Source: Octopus sinensis
Taxonomy: Eukaryota
NCBI RefSeq assembly: GCF_006345805.1
Contig: NC_043005.1
Location: forward strand, 25,730,001-25,794,000
DNA length: 64,000 nucleotides
Direction of reading: 5' to 3'
The stretch's first letter is position 1; each line of letters starts with the position of its first letter. A program made the translations under genes and the position numbers. The notes under the pieces were generated by a model. That model saw only the letters and a program-made list of their open reading frames with translations. It was not told where the DNA came from and made no database searches. Shown here piece after piece: positions 40,334 to 55,109 of the stretch.

Positions 40334-42519
40334 TAGAGTAACAGTAAGAGACTGAGAGAGGGATGGGACAAAGACAGTAAAACGGGGGAATCACAGGCAT
40401 ACACTATATTATTTACACTGTTTTATCACTGAGAGCCATTCTTGATATTCTTAACAATCTCTGTTCAAATACTGCCGGTCATCTTTGCCTTAATCTTTCC
40501 GAGTTCGATAAAATGAAGTTTCAGTTTAATATTATTAACTAATCTGTTTCTCCAAATGTTTAGCCTTGTTTATTCGTTTCACATTATTGATATATTTGAA
40601 ATAGTATTACTAATAGTATTGCGACTAAATCAGATTAATCATTCGCAAGGAATGTATAATTTTAAACTCATAGACAACTTACATTAATCACTTAAATTTT
40701 ATCAATGAATGAATTAATTAATTAGTTAACTAAGATAAGGATACAATAATATTACTCTATGTTATATTTCTTCAATAGACACAGAATCGTTATAGTTAAA
40801 GGAGAAACTTATATACAGAAAAAGGTGACGTTTCGAATATTTTCACCAAGACTCATAAATGATATAAGCGCATGAGCAAGATTGAACCTGGGATTATTGG
40901 CGCCGCGACCTGGCCGGTTGAGAGTTTTAAATCTTTCTCTAAAATACTTACAATGAGGTAAATTCAAGAAAATTATATTACAGATAGCCCTATAGAAATG
41001 TTGTTCTTTTTTACAACTAGATGGCGCTTGTGTAATGCTAGTGGGGTCGGCATCTAAGAATAAGTTTTCAGTTTAATGTTCGACAGCTCAATAATAAGTT
41101 GATCTGTTGCTTCTAACTGCCTTATTGTACGAATCATAGTTCCGTTCCTCAGTTTCTTATAATCAGTGTTGGAAATTATACAGTAAGAATAAGTGTGCTG
41201 TATTTTCTCTTCAGATGAAACCATTAAATATTACAAAAGTTTCAATATTATAGATTCTAATTTTAAAATAGTCAGGTTTGTAAAAAAACGCTTTCAATTA
41301 CCTTCTGAAATGCATTCACATTCTATTCCATTTTCTCTATAAATATATTTAAAAACTACCACGAAAATAAATATCAGAGGCTTTAAAATTATGATTAGGT
41401 CTAACGTAACTAGTGAGCATGGACAGTATTAAGGATCATAGTAGGAAGCTATTACAGCTGACAATATCTCTAAAATAGTTTAATTTTTTGTTTCTCACAT
41501 AGCACAAGTCATGAAATTGCTTTTGAGAGTGGACGCCTATGTTATCGACCGCAGTACTTGATTGCCACTGTATTTTATTAACTGATACTGAAAGATATAA
41601 GGTAAGATCGATCTCGGTAGGATCAAATAAATACTGGATATCATTTTATCCAATGCATTAATGATTCTGCCAGAGAATTGTCGCTTGGAAAATTATAATT
41701 TACCCACAGGGTCAGGAATTTGTAGAGAAAGGAATTGTCTATTACATGGAACCCAGTACTTGGCAGATACTCATTTCTATCGACCCTAGGAATGGTAAAG
41801 GTGATCTTAGCGAAATTTGGACTAAAAACGTAAAGAGGCAGTGCGAATAACGCTTGGGACTTTGATGGAAGAACTAATGATTCGGTGAATCCACTGTGCT
41901 AGAGATGAAGAAAGATATTAATAAGTAGAGGCAGAAGAGAAGTAAGGTAAAACAGAGACGTGTAAAAGAAAATGAAGAAGGAAGGTTAATAGAAGAAGAA
42001 GAAGAAGAAGAAGAAGAAGAGAGAGGAGCAGAAAAGACGAAAGTAAGGAAATTCGAGGAAAGGGAGAAAGGACAAAAATAAGAAAAAAAAACATACATTT
42101 AAAAAACAAAAAAGCAAACCTACAGAGAGAGAATGAAAGAAATGGACACGAACAAAAATCTTTTTATTACTTTTTTTAATATCATTAATATATATGTATA
42201 TATAGATGTATGTATGGGTAGAAAATAATAAAAACAATATAAATGTCAAAAGAGATTGAAAAAAATGCAAACGAAACCTACGGAACAGATATCTTAGAAC
42301 AAAAGCATAACACTAGTAGCGCATTAGATTGACCGTATGTATGTGTGTGTGTGTTTGTGTGTGTGTATCCGTGCGTTTGTATCTATATATACATAGACAT
42401 TGAATTCGACACCGAGAAATAAGTTATGAAGGAATTATTTCCATATATAACATTGTTATATTTTATTCTATCCTTATTGCCGTGTTCGTGTTGCTGTTAT
42501 ATATATATATATATATATA

Positions 42520-42572
<53 letters not shown>

Positions 42573-42592
42573 GTGTGTAAATATATTTATAT

Positions 42593-42666
<74 letters not shown>

Positions 42667-43055
42667 TCGAAGGTGAACAACAAGAAAAGTTAATGTATTT
42701 TCTAACCAGCTGGGAAGTTATTGTAGAGTTATATTAACTAAATAATAGGGTGTAATACCACTACAAACGTTCATGTGAATGACGGGTAGTTGCCTTGTTG
42801 TGTGGCTTTTATGATGCATTTGTTTTAGTAAGTAACTCTAATCACTAAATTCTTTGCTATCTACTTACGATATGTACTTTAGTAAATTAATAAAAAAATT
42901 GCGGCAAGAAAATGAAGATAATTGAGAAAAATATAATGCAGGAAGCTGACGTAACTGATATGGAAAGCGCTTTTTTAAAACTGTTCAAACATATATATAT
43001 ATACATACAGACATACATACATATATATGTATATTTATATATATTTATATATTTA

Positions 43056-43153
<98 letters not shown>

Positions 43154-43525
43154 CATGTATGTATAAACTTATATGCATTTGTAAATGTATGCATTTTCAA
43201 TGAAGCAGAGAAAAAACAATAATAGGCAGTCTACAACAACTAACAAGTTCTCAAAAAATAAAACATATCAGAAGTGAAGTTTTAGATAAAGGAATTAATT
43301 TTTCCGCGTGTAATTGTATTTGTACGTTTATTATGTAATTGTCTCCCTTTAAAGCAAGAATATAACGAGGAAAAGTAAGTTCATGAACAAAGAGAAAGGA
43401 TTTGTAGTTGAACATCTTAAAAAATATCTAGGTAGATACATGTCAGACGTTTTGTCCCTAACCTGGGTGTCTAGCGATCATGTAATGATATTTTAAAATT
43501 TGTATGTATATGTGTATACATGCAT

Positions 43526-43559
<34 letters not shown>

Positions 43560-43604
43560 GTATATATGTATATATGTATGCATGTATGTATGTATGTGTG
43601 TATG

Positions 43605-43648
<44 letters not shown>

Positions 43649-44482
43649 TAACTACCTATATATGCACATGCATATACGTGTGATGCGCCTGTATATATAT
43701 ATATATATATATATATAATGTTTGTATATATGTATGCATGTGTTAGTGGAGTATTTATGTGTATATGTTTCTCTGTTAGTGTGCTCGCATGTGTGTGTGT
43801 GTGTGTAAATACGCGTGGGAATGTAGATGTGCGTGCTAGTTCACGTGTGCGTGTATGCGTGTTTGATTATTTCATGCAATCAATTAATTGATTAATTTGA
43901 ATATAATAATATAATAGAATAAATGCGAGTAAATGAACATTAAAATATTAATGACATCCGATATACACTGTTATTAAATTTGTTGAAAATAATGGAATGG
44001 ATACACAATTATTAAAGACGTTTTAAGTACAATTCTTCATAAGAGTTTTGATAAAATTTTAATATTCATTTTAGTTATTATAATTACTATTAATACTTTT
44101 TATTGTATTATTATTTTTATCATTATTACGGTTTTTGTTTTTCTTGTTATTTTTATTTTAATCATTATTATTATTGTTGTAATAGTTCTTAAAATATTAC
44201 AATCATCGACATTATGATGATTTTAAAATTATTAAGATCACTATCATTATTATTATTATTATAGCTATTTTTTAAATAGATATGACTGCTAGCATTTAGA
44301 TTGCTAGTTATAATAGCGTTATTGAGATAAGATTTCTGTAAGATTTTGATGATTTTTATAATAATTATAATTAATATTTATTTTAATATTTATTTGTTCA
44401 TTTTGATATATTTGTTTCTTGTGTCATTTTTTTTTTAAAGTTTCGCTCTGTATTTAAAGGAAGTAAAAATAAGAGGTTGCTA

Positions 44483-44596
44483 TTAAAAGCTTGGTGTTCC
44501 AAACAGATAATTTCCCTTGGCATTACGATCGTTTGAGATGAAATACTCAGTCCAAAGTCGTTTGAATATATCCCTCGTCACCATTGTCTTGCCGCC
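44483..44596 (-). CDS. Calexcitin, last coding exon
   Basis: Acceptor ttgttctctctttccag, phase 0; GGKTMVTRDIFKRLWTEYFISNDRNAKGNYLFGTPSF then TAA. Matches the squid calexcitin C-terminus as recalled (GGKTMVTREIFARLWTEYFVSND..AKGNHLFGTLKL). Confidence 0.95.
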   Translation of the reverse strand, partial: GGKTMVTRDIFKRLWTEYFISNDRNAKGNYLFGTPSF

Positions 44597-44845
44597 CTGG
44601 AAAGAGAGAACAAAATATTAGAGTCTTAGAGGAGAAATATTGCAAAATATCTTACAGAATTTGTAGGCGTAAATAATTTACAAAAAATATTTGATGTTAC
44701 GTAAATAAATTATTCGGCAAAATGAAGAGGGACTGTTTTCATCTCCCCGTCAAGAAGAAATGCTTTGCCCATGGCTCGTTTTAGGATGTTTTGACACTGG
44801 TGAAAAAAAAGGAAAGAGAGAGAGAGATAGCGAGAGAGAGAAAGT

Positions 44846-44891
<46 letters not shown>

Positions 44892-46019
44892 AAGGGAATG
44901 AGATAAAGGGAGAGAGATGAAGTTATTTTCAAGACCGAAGCATCTTAAATTACCAACTAAAGAATCATTAACGGCAGGTGAAGGTCTTAAACAGATCGTT
45001 GTATTAAGCATACAGCCCAATCAGGTAACAAATGGATTTGAACTCCAACACTTTAATGATTTCGTCAGTCTTCCTTAGACTGGTACATATCTATTTCAGA
45101 ATGATAAAAGACAATCTTAACCTTTGTAGAATTTGAACACAATATGCACGGTGTTGGAATAACCGCAGCAAAGCCTTATGGGAAGTAATGCGGTTTTATT
45201 TATATTTTATGTTACACTGACGGTATTGCCTTTGAGTGGAAGTCGATAAATTTAAGTACCAATCAATTACTGTGGTTAATGTACTCGATTTGTACCCATC
45301 CATCAAAATTCATAGTTTAAGACGCAGCAATGGATTGGGGTCCCTTTCAGAGAGACTGTTGCACCTCGTTCTCTTACACACCAGGGAAAACGTGTGTCGA
45401 ACATAATGTGTCCTAGAGCTAAAGAAGTAGTTGAATCACTGAAAGGACTGCTCAAATAGACTTCTGAACAAAAGCGTTACAACAGAGACTATCTGTTTGA
45501 AACGACTATCTGAGGCTTTAATTGCCGGCATATTCTTGTGTTTTAAAAAGGCTTTCTAAGAATTCGTCTATTATTTTTAGCTAGGCATCATTTGAAGCAT
45601 TGTCCTGTGTTTTATTTCAAATATGAGTTCTCGTCCTTTTGGAATGATGAGAAACCTTACTCGAATATCAATATTTTACCAAGGATTCGACCAATTTCGC
45701 AGCTCTCTCTTAAATGCAGCTCTTGCAAAACATAGAAATCATTATTAAATGCAAATCTAGTGTAGTAAATAACGGAACAGGTAAGACACTGGACCACAGA
45801 CCTTAGTATATTTATTTTGTGACTTCAAACACAATAGGGCTTACATATGCAGAACTCTCATATTTTTAAAAGGATAAACAATCTAATACAGTCGGATATA
45901 AGCTTTGAATTAATTAAATATATCTTCCTATACACTCCGACTTTTTATTTTGGAAGTCTTTATAAAATAGACATCTAAGGTGGCAACGTATCAGAATAGC
46001 TGAATAGGAAGGTATTAGA

Positions 46020-46482
46020 TCCACTGCTTTGACTCACATGGTTTTATCTTTTGCCACAGTCGAACCAATTCTACTATATGGCTCAGAAACTTGGACGTTA
46101 TCAAAGAAGCTTCAGAGGCGGATGGATGGAACTTACACTCGCCTCCTTATGAGAGCTCAAATCCCTCGTGGAAGCGTCATCCAACCAAAGTACAAATATA
46201 TGGGAAACTACCACCTGTATCATCTCTTGTGAAAGGTAGAAGAGTCCAGTTTGCTGGACATTGTTGTAGAGCTGAAAACGAGGCAATTTTTACTCTTCTC
46301 CTCTGGAATTCATCTGCTCACAATACCAGAGGGCGCACGCTCTCCTACACTGATTTAATCGCCAGGGATACAGGCATCCAGCAACAAGACCTCCATAATG
46401 CTATGATGGACCGGGAAGTCTGGCGTAGCATAGTAAATTCCATTGTCTCGACCACGGTCGAACAATGATGAATGATGATTTA
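46020..46482 (+). mobile_element. 5'-truncated RTE-X-like LINE 3' end, antisense in a calexcitin intron
   Basis: ATVEPILLYGSETWTL...LDGTYTRLL-like motif, then RRVQFAGHCCRA...DREVWRSIVN; one frameshift; (TGA)n tail. Confidence 0.85.
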
Positions 46483-49400
46483 TCTTTTGTTCTCTGGGTT
46501 TGAAATTTGCTAGGGTCAAGTGTATTTTATTATTTACCTGTCGTCAATAAAATATCTGCCATCGAGGTTTATCAAGACAATCACTTTAATGCCTATATAT
46601 TTTAGTTACTAAATGCTTTCATTTTGTGCCCAAGAAACTTATACTACACACACACGCACACATAAACACACACATGCACACAAAAGCACACATGCATATA
46701 AGCACATACACACATAAATATACATACATATGCAACAGTTTTACTATTTTACTGCTTCTAACCAATTGGAATGGTGTCGTAAAATTTTATATGTGGACTT
46801 GTATTGAAAATATTCCAGTATAGGATTAACTGTTACCTTTGTTAGCGATACTAGATATATATTTAAATTGTAACCATTATTATCTCCGAAATATTGTAAC
46901 TATTTTTGAATTGCACTGTATATCTGTTGACTACTCTGAGATATTTTTATAAGTCAAATACCTTGACTGCTAGAGTTAAGGCCAGACAGTTGGCGTATTG
47001 GCGATAGCGTTGTACCGGAAACATGTGCCCACGACTGCCCTCCTATCTCCAGACAAAAACAAACTTAATTGCTTTTCAATTCCGGATTATTCTTGAATCT
47101 TGTCATTAAGCCCTCTTCTCAAATGGCGCTGGTCTTCATTATGATATATCCTCTTGTAGCGGAAATAACGTCAATAAATCATGAATTTATGCTATATGGC
47201 ATTTGATATACCTGTATTTGTGTATGTTAAACTAAACGTAAACGGATCTATCTTGATATGTATAAAATAATGTATTTATTATAAATGCATGTGTTTCTAT
47301 CGTTTCTCTTTAAGAACTAGCTAAGTTCTGGCGAACAAAGCTAAGCTTGGAGGCTTCCACCACTAACCATTTCATTTCCTTCTTCATACGGTTAGAGCTA
47401 CCATTCTATGTTTGATGGTAGTTTCTTATCCGTTGACCCTTTAAGACCAGCACCTTTCTCTTCGTAATGTTAACTAAGGACACACATTTACATGCACTTT
47501 GGCCAGATGTACACTTTGCGAATAACTAACTCTTTTTTTCTCCCATCAGTCTCGAAGACACTAAAAAGGCTTTTGCTAAGACTGAATAATTAAGAAAATG
47601 TGGAATTTTTAGTGTCGTTGACTTTGGCAATGAGATGAACGCCTAAACAAAACTCACTGACGTCACACGAGCATAGAGACTACGAATTCCTTTCCTGGTT
47701 AGATGTCTATCATCAGTTTTTCGTTAATGCGTCGATTAATATCAGTTTTGAAGTAAATAAACGCACTTGATTTAATTTATTCTATAATGAAATCAAAATA
47801 TTTTATTAAATGTTAATTAAATTTATTTTATTAAATTTCATCAGCAGTTTTACAGAAATAAACTGAATATATTATGACCTCACTCGCATCGCTAAATAAA
47901 TATACACTGTCTACACCTCTTTGAAATAAACCCCAATACACATACGCATACAAGCGTATCCACACATACATATATCCACAGGCACACACAAGCATAAATG
48001 TATGAGTGGATATATAAACTCATATGAATACAACATTCCTTATATATATATATATAGATATACGTGCGCGTGTGAGTGTGTGCGTGTGTATGTATGGGTG
48101 TGTCACTGCGTGTGTGTGTATGTATATATGTATATATTTCTGAATTCGTATGTATTTGTGTGTGTGCGATTTGTCAATGATAATTGTGATAATTTAGTTA
48201 ATTTTCCGAAAAATAAATTATATATAATCTTTCAGCGAAATAAATGAAGTAAAATGGAAGCAAATTTTGATCATTTAACCTCAAAGGATTTCAAAGACAG
48301 ATGAAACTTCATCAATCAAGGTGTTAATTCAATATAGTATGAAACTAATTAATAAATAAATAGAAGGTGCTGAGTGAGTGTTACAGATTAGTTCTTGCAG
48401 ACACGGGTTTTGTAAATGTTTTCAACATTATCAGAATAATTAGCACTTAGAGAGTCGAAACTTAAGTGTAATCCAGCGATGAAATGGTTGACTCATTGTA
48501 TATTAGTAATCTTCTATGAACTCACTCGCCATGATGGGAAGAAACCAAATCAAATTTAAGCTACATCTTGCAGTTAAAAATGGAAAGACATATTCGCTTA
48601 TGTAGTGGTCTAGATGCACAATGTCCGTAGAAAGAGAAGGATGCAGCGTTTTTGTTTGTAAATTTGTTCATTTGGAGATAATCTGATGCTAAATCACCGC
48701 TACCATCACCACTACCGTCACAAAAACAATAGCGTATGTTTCCAAGTGCTAACATCTGCCCACTGTACAGACGTAACTGCCCAGGCATAAATCGCTTAGA
48801 GGTGAAATTGAAAGACATTAATATTTTGAACTAGGCAAATATGCATTCAAAAGAATAACTTGTTTTTGCAGTGACACTAGTGTTGACAATACTGAATAAT
48901 ATTCCTCAAATTACACCGTAGTGCAGAAACGATTAGCTCAGATTTTCCTAAAAGCATTAAATAGATGAGATGGTGATCATAGCTTGAATAGCTTTAATCA
49001 TGGGTCTGTTAGATAAAGAAGGATTTAGGATTACGCATCAACATCACTTGCAACAGTCACCGAGTTTTCAGCGACCCATCAGTGTTCCCAGCAACAACCA
49101 TTATAATGATTTCCATCGTGGACTTACTTGTAAGCAGACATATTGGCGCTTGTGAAGCAGACGATTTCCTTTTTGAGTTAAAACAAGAGATTATATTCAA
49201 TGTAACAGCCAAACAGCTGAGTAGTTTTAATGGTCTATAATTTCTGTTGCAATAGGTGCTGCATTGTGATAAATTTAGATATTAATAGGACATTAATTGA
49301 ATAAGTAACAATCAACAACGGAGTCGTTTTAATTTACCGTAACCTCTATTTCTATAGGTGTTACATTGTGACAAATACAGTTATTATTGATGGGGAACTT

Positions 49401-50299
49401 CTCAGAAATAATAATTATTATTGGGATGTTGGCAACCGTCCATTGCAATCTATCATCTGAGAAATTATTCAGCGGAATATCTAACGCAGCCTTATGTAGG
49501 GAGATGGTTAATGGAGAACATTAGGAGCGTTAACGCTGTTTGAAAGCAACGCGAATTTGTCGGTCGATAGACAACATAATTTATAACGTAGAGAATGGAT
49601 CCGATTATCAATCAAATTTATCGTTACATTTGGCCCACTGCTTTCCACTGGACATGAAGAACGGGTAGACATTCCCTGCGTAATGAGTATGGGCGCCGTT
49701 AAAGGGCCTTAACAGTAAGATTTACCTTTTTTATCAAAACCTCGACTTCCTCGATTTTCATTTGAAGCGGAAGATGGAAAGGAGAACTGAGGGAGAGAGA
49801 GAAGGGGGGATATACAGGCTGGTAGACAGACAGAATGAAAAAGAAGAGGAATGAGGAAATAGAAAGAGAGCTGCAGCTTTCTAGTGAATGTATGAAGTGT
49901 GGATGAGAATGGCGAAACAGACATGGTTAAATGTCTTACTCTAACAGGGTTTAGGCTTCTGAGAAAATCTGGGAGAATGCATTCAAGTTGGATAAGTAAA
50001 GATAATCCAGGGGGTTTTTTGGGGCACCACCGAATAACTATTTGGTTGGCCGAAGCGAAAGGATTTCAGTACGAGGAGGACTGAAGCAACAATAAGCTCT
50101 TATATCCTGTAAACTGTGTATAGTTTAAATCTCATGTCTTCTTTATTTTCTCTTCAGCCAAGTCCATCCCCTACAGAACTTGTACTTTCTGTAATATTCT
50201 TCCTCAGTCACCTCAATTATGCTAAATAGAAACAATCATTCTTATTGTTTAATTGTCGATCAAAATTCGTCGAATAAAATAGTACCATTTCTTCCGACC

Positions 50300-50435
50300 T
50301 CTTCCATTCCGAGTTTGATATTGCCGTTCATCCTTTCGGGGTCGATAAAATAAGTTCCAGTCGAGAACTGGGGGTCGATGCAATCGACATACCCTTTCCC
50401 CACAAAGTGCTGACGTTCTACCAAATTTTGAAATT
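50300..50435 (+). mobile_element. Family A SINE fragment
   Basis: catcctttcggggtcgataaaataagt..ctgggggtcgatgcaatcgac. Confidence 0.7.
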
Positions 50436-51037
50436 GTAATTATATTTTGCAGTTGTTGTCTTTGTTGTGTGTGCGTGGCCAGAGATATGGCTTATCTCAC
50501 TACAAAGATTACATATTATTCGAATAGAAACTTAAGAATAAAACTATTTCGTTTCAGTTTTTTTTTTTTTCACATATCACTCCCAGCAGAGAGATAAGCT
50601 AGCTATAGCGTATCTGGAAACATTAAGCAAACGTTTGCTGTGATTGCATTCAACTAAGTTTTTCTATTAAGAAGAAAAAATAACAGCCGCCGACAATTTT
50701 AATTGAAAGAAGCTGCAGAGAAAATTAACGATAATAGTTGATTTGATTACACAGGACGTCGTAAATATTTCAAAATAAAACAAAATTATGAAGTTTTGAC
50801 AGAAAACACATTAACTTGAAAATTTACAGTGATAAAACATACAACAATGACAGCAAAAACAATAACGCCTGCACGCAAACAAAACGGCGTGAAAATGTAA
50901 TGTTTCCTCATTCAGCCGGTCCATCAACAATGGGTAAGTTCTGGACATTATTTAAACGATCAAAAAGAAATTTGCTTTGCAAGAGTGACAGACCTAACAC
51001 CAGCAGGTCTTCAACAGAGGTCTTTCCAGCGAGATAG

Positions 51038-51192
51038 AGAAGAAGAAGAAGAAAAAGAAGAAGAAGAAGAAGAAGAAGAAGAAGAAGAAGAAGAAGAAGA
51101 AGAAGAAGAAGAAGAAGAAGAAGAAGAAGAAGAAGAAGAAGAAGAAGAAGAAGAAGAAGAAGAAGAAGAAGAAGAAGAAGAAGAAGAAGAAG
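51038..51192. repeat. (GAA)n microsatellite
   Basis: Direct reading. Confidence 0.95.
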
Positions 51193-52184
51193 ATAAAGAA
51201 GGTCCAATATGTATCTTGGAAAAGTATTTTCCTGGCTAATGATTTGCTCTGAGACTCTGTTGAAACTGAAGAAATTACAACATAGAAGACACTGATCAAA
51301 CAAAAGTTGCTGACTGCTCTTTTTTTTTATGATTCCGTATCAAGATTTTCGGCACTCCGACCTGGTCATTGACACAGTTTCAGTGCAAAGTAATTGTACC
51401 AGAGACCATATCGCAGTTGGTGTGGCGTAAATTTTGGCACCCAAAAATAAATGTTTAAGTTCAAGTTAAGTATGTGTGTGTGTGTGTGTGTGTGTGTTTT
51501 AATGGCTAATATGAGACATCCGCATTTTAATTGGTTATTTGTATCAGTATTACCAAAAGTGAGGTGCATTCCTGATGCCCTCAAAAGAAAGATTAAATGT
51601 AATCCTGGTTGATACCAGACACGATGGTTTTTGCTTTTCATTTGGGAAGATTTACTCTATCGTTATGGAAAAGTATTACAACTGAGAGCGGAACGAAACG
51701 CCAAACTAAGCTGAGGCGTCATATAGCAACTCATACACTACTACTGCAAAACTTTGGTCGACGCAGTACTAAAGTTACTGACAATGATACTTGAAATAGC
51801 CATTATTTCTTTGAATGCCATCTTTGGGACACAAATCGCGAAAAATTGTAAGTGCAAAGAAAATAACTATCAGTGTTCGAGGGCGATCTATTTTGGCCAC
51901 AAGAATCCTAGTGTCTTTCCAAACACCCTTTTTTTAATGTGACAATGCTCTTATTGAGGGATGGGTTACTCGACCTGAAGAAAATTCAAACTGGGCCCCA
52001 CCTGCAAGCTCATGTGCTGTTTATCTTGATATGATATCACCATGTCGTCCACATATGGTTGTGATGTATGCGCCTAGTGTACCCTTATAAGACGGGTAGT
52101 CATGATGGGTATACTGGGCTTCGTATATTTTACCCCAGTGTCACTTTGATGGTATGCACTGCTCTCCCATTCAATATTAATTAC

Positions 52185-52224
52185 AATAATGATAATAATA
52201 ACAATAATAATAATAATAATAATA

Positions 52225-52317
<93 letters not shown>
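52185..52317. repeat. Compound (AAT)n-(TTA)n-(TAG)n microsatellite
   Basis: Direct reading; the AAT and TTA blocks are mutually inverted. Confidence 0.95.
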
Positions 52318-52626
52318 TTAATTGGCTGTTCCGAGTTAGAAAATAATTGAGTACGACAGATTGAAGGCAACGAAAGATACAAAAACGTGAGTTCATTTTA
52401 AATCTTTGGATATTCAGTGCATTTGTACTTGAAAGGTGTTATCTGACGCAATGGAGGATCTAATTTGAAGTTAGCGAAATGCACTCTGCGTCGAAATTTC
52501 TTACCGTTCACACAGCTATATTAATGCCATGAGACCAACTAATCAATAATTTGACAGGGAACGTTTTTCTCTCTTTCGAGATTTTCTTCAAACACTTACT
52601 AAACGCAAAGTGAATAAATAGTTTTC

Positions 52627-52696
<70 letters not shown>

Positions 52697-52704
52697 TACA
52701 TACA

Positions 52705-52783
<79 letters not shown>

Positions 52784-53824
52784 ACGTATAAGTTAGAGGT
52801 GTTAAACTCGCTAAGGGATAGAAGTATCCCGAGGCACTCCTGGTGATTACCTCTGTAAATATGGTCTTTGGTATAAATTATACGGCAGCAGGTAATTTAA
52901 AGAGGTAAACCATAGTTTAACGTATATATAGATCAACAGAAAATGGAAGAAAAATAACAAATAAAAGTGTATGTTTGGTGCTAAAAATCCTTGCTTGACT
53001 AATTAAATAATGGCTTTTTAGCACCAAAGATACGCTTCTATTTGTTTTTCCGCCATGTACTTTATGACTGTATGTTTTACAAGCTACATATATAAGCGTA
53101 AGCATATACACGCCTGCACGCATGCGCACACACACACACAATTCCATGCACACATATATAGGTAATTTTCATAGATCTCGAAAGGATGATGGCTGACAGG
53201 TAAAATCGCCCTTGCCAGCATTTGAACTCAGATAACCGGATCATAGTGCGAGACATTGTATCTGATGCTGTAATGACTACCGTCTCACGGATCGACTGAT
53301 CTTAATGTGATTGCTTAAATCAACGTCCGTGAGGGAAGGAAATTGTATGTGCACAAGCATGATAAATAAAGTTTAGCTCTCTCTGTCTTTATCATTATCT
53401 CGTCCTCTCTCTAACTCTCACTTTCTATCTATCTGTCTGTATATCTGCCTCTCTCTTTCTTTCTCAGTCTTTCTCTTTCTCTTTTTCTCTCTTAATCTTG
53501 TAACTTGTACACTGTAAAACTAAATAACAAGAAAAAACAGAGGGCAACCACCGGATAAAAATAAAGATAAAGAGTAAAGAATGTTCAATGCACAAAATGG
53601 AAGACAGACACAAGGAGTTCTGGCAATAAGACAAAACCTAAAACTATTCTAAAAGTGGCTTTTGGACAGTTGCAGCACACAAATATACAGCCCAGCTTTA
53701 TTTCATGAATGTTTATTCATTAAAACTTCTCATCTTCCTTTTAAACATTAAAACTCGAACTGTTCAAAATCTGAGTTTTAGATACTCTTTAAGCTTTTGG
53801 GAGAAAGAAATTAGCAATACTACT

Positions 53825-54259
53825 ATGGCAATCCCTCAAGGTCGAGGATGATGGTCTTCGCGCAAATTTATTGGTGAGTCCGCAGATGACTGATAAGACC
53901 AATTCTTGCTCGAAAAGATCGGTCACAGTGCGGACATCTAGTGACGGAAGGGAGAGTCGCGCGTGGTTGTTGTTGGTGCTCCTTCCATCGTCGTCTTTTC
54001 TCCTCCAGCTCTGCAGACCTTTTCGACTCGAAGTTCGCCGTTCCCTCATGGAAGGTGGTTTTCCAGAGTGGTCTGTTTTTTGCCGTTTCCTCCCAGTTGG
54101 TGAAGTCAATGTCACACTTTTTGAGGTTCGATTTCAGGGAGTCCTTGTAGCGTTTCTTCTGGCCTCCTTTTGTACGCTTGCCGTCTTTGAGTTGGGAGTA
54201 GAAGATCTGTTTGGGAAGTCGTTCGTCAGTCATTCTAACCACGTGGCCGCTCCATCTTA
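53825..54259 (-). mobile_element. 5'-truncated, young-looking RTE (BovB-like) LINE in a calexcitin intron
   Basis: Open frame LRWSGHVVRMTDERLPKQIFYSQL..G.R..GGQKKRYKDSLK...CPHCDRSFRARIGLISHLRTHQ*, short 3' UTR, (TAG)-like tail. Confidence 0.9.
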
Positions 54260-54714
54260 GTATAGTTGGTGATTTTTTTTAAATTCTTAACTACAAGAAC
54301 GAATGATCTTGTCGTTTTGTTGACTGAAGTTCTTAAAGATTGAATTATATTTTGAGAGTGTAAGAGTACCACAAATACGTACTCTTAATATACTTCTTAC
54401 GAACGTTCATGGCAACGAAGCATGTGATAAGGGTTGTTCTCTGTATTAATGGTAAAGCCTGTGGCAAACACCTTATCAAAGAACAGACCCAACGTTTTCT
54501 CTGAGTGTCGTAAAGGCGACTGCAAGACGGTGAGATAGGACTTGCAGTCCGACCTCGAAAAATCCCCCGCCAGTAAAGTCTACCAAATGCAGATTCATGG
54601 GCCGGAGGATTATTGCTTGAGTAGTGATAAAGCTTTATCCACCAGGAGTAGGGAATCACCGGAAAATGCTGTTCAGAGCTCATGTCGCCATATATATATA
54701 TATATATATATATC

Positions 54715-54995
54715 ACTGTGATCACCGTGACCGATCAGGCTATCAGATGTTGCTATACATCCCTAGTCACAATGCGCTTCGCATTGCTTTGCCTTCAAAT
54801 AACGCCACCCCGCTGGCTAAGCGAGCAGGCCGACAGAAGAAAGAGTGAGAGAAAGATGCGGCGAAAGAGTACAGCAGAGATCGCCACCACCCCCTGCCGG
54901 AGCCTCGTGGAGCTTTAGGTGTTTTTGCTCAATAAACACTCACAACGCCCGGTCTGGGAATCGAAAACGCGATCCTTCTAACCATTGCGCCTCCA
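54715..54995 (-). mobile_element. tRNA-derived SINE family C (type 2 tail)
   Basis: Same head and core as 17317, but the 3' tail matches 12735-12848. Confidence 0.85.
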
Positions 54996-55109
54996 CATAT
55001 ATATATTTATGTATGTATGTATATATGTATATATGTATACTCACAAGGAGAAAGAGGAAATCAGTAGTAAAAGACACAAATAAAAGATTATACAAAAAGT
55101 TGTACTTAC

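Noticed and set aside
52917-53153. Minus-strand ORF containing GGKT, in the calexcitin intron
   Set aside because: Similarity stops after four residues and there is no acceptor; the true exon is 44483-44596.
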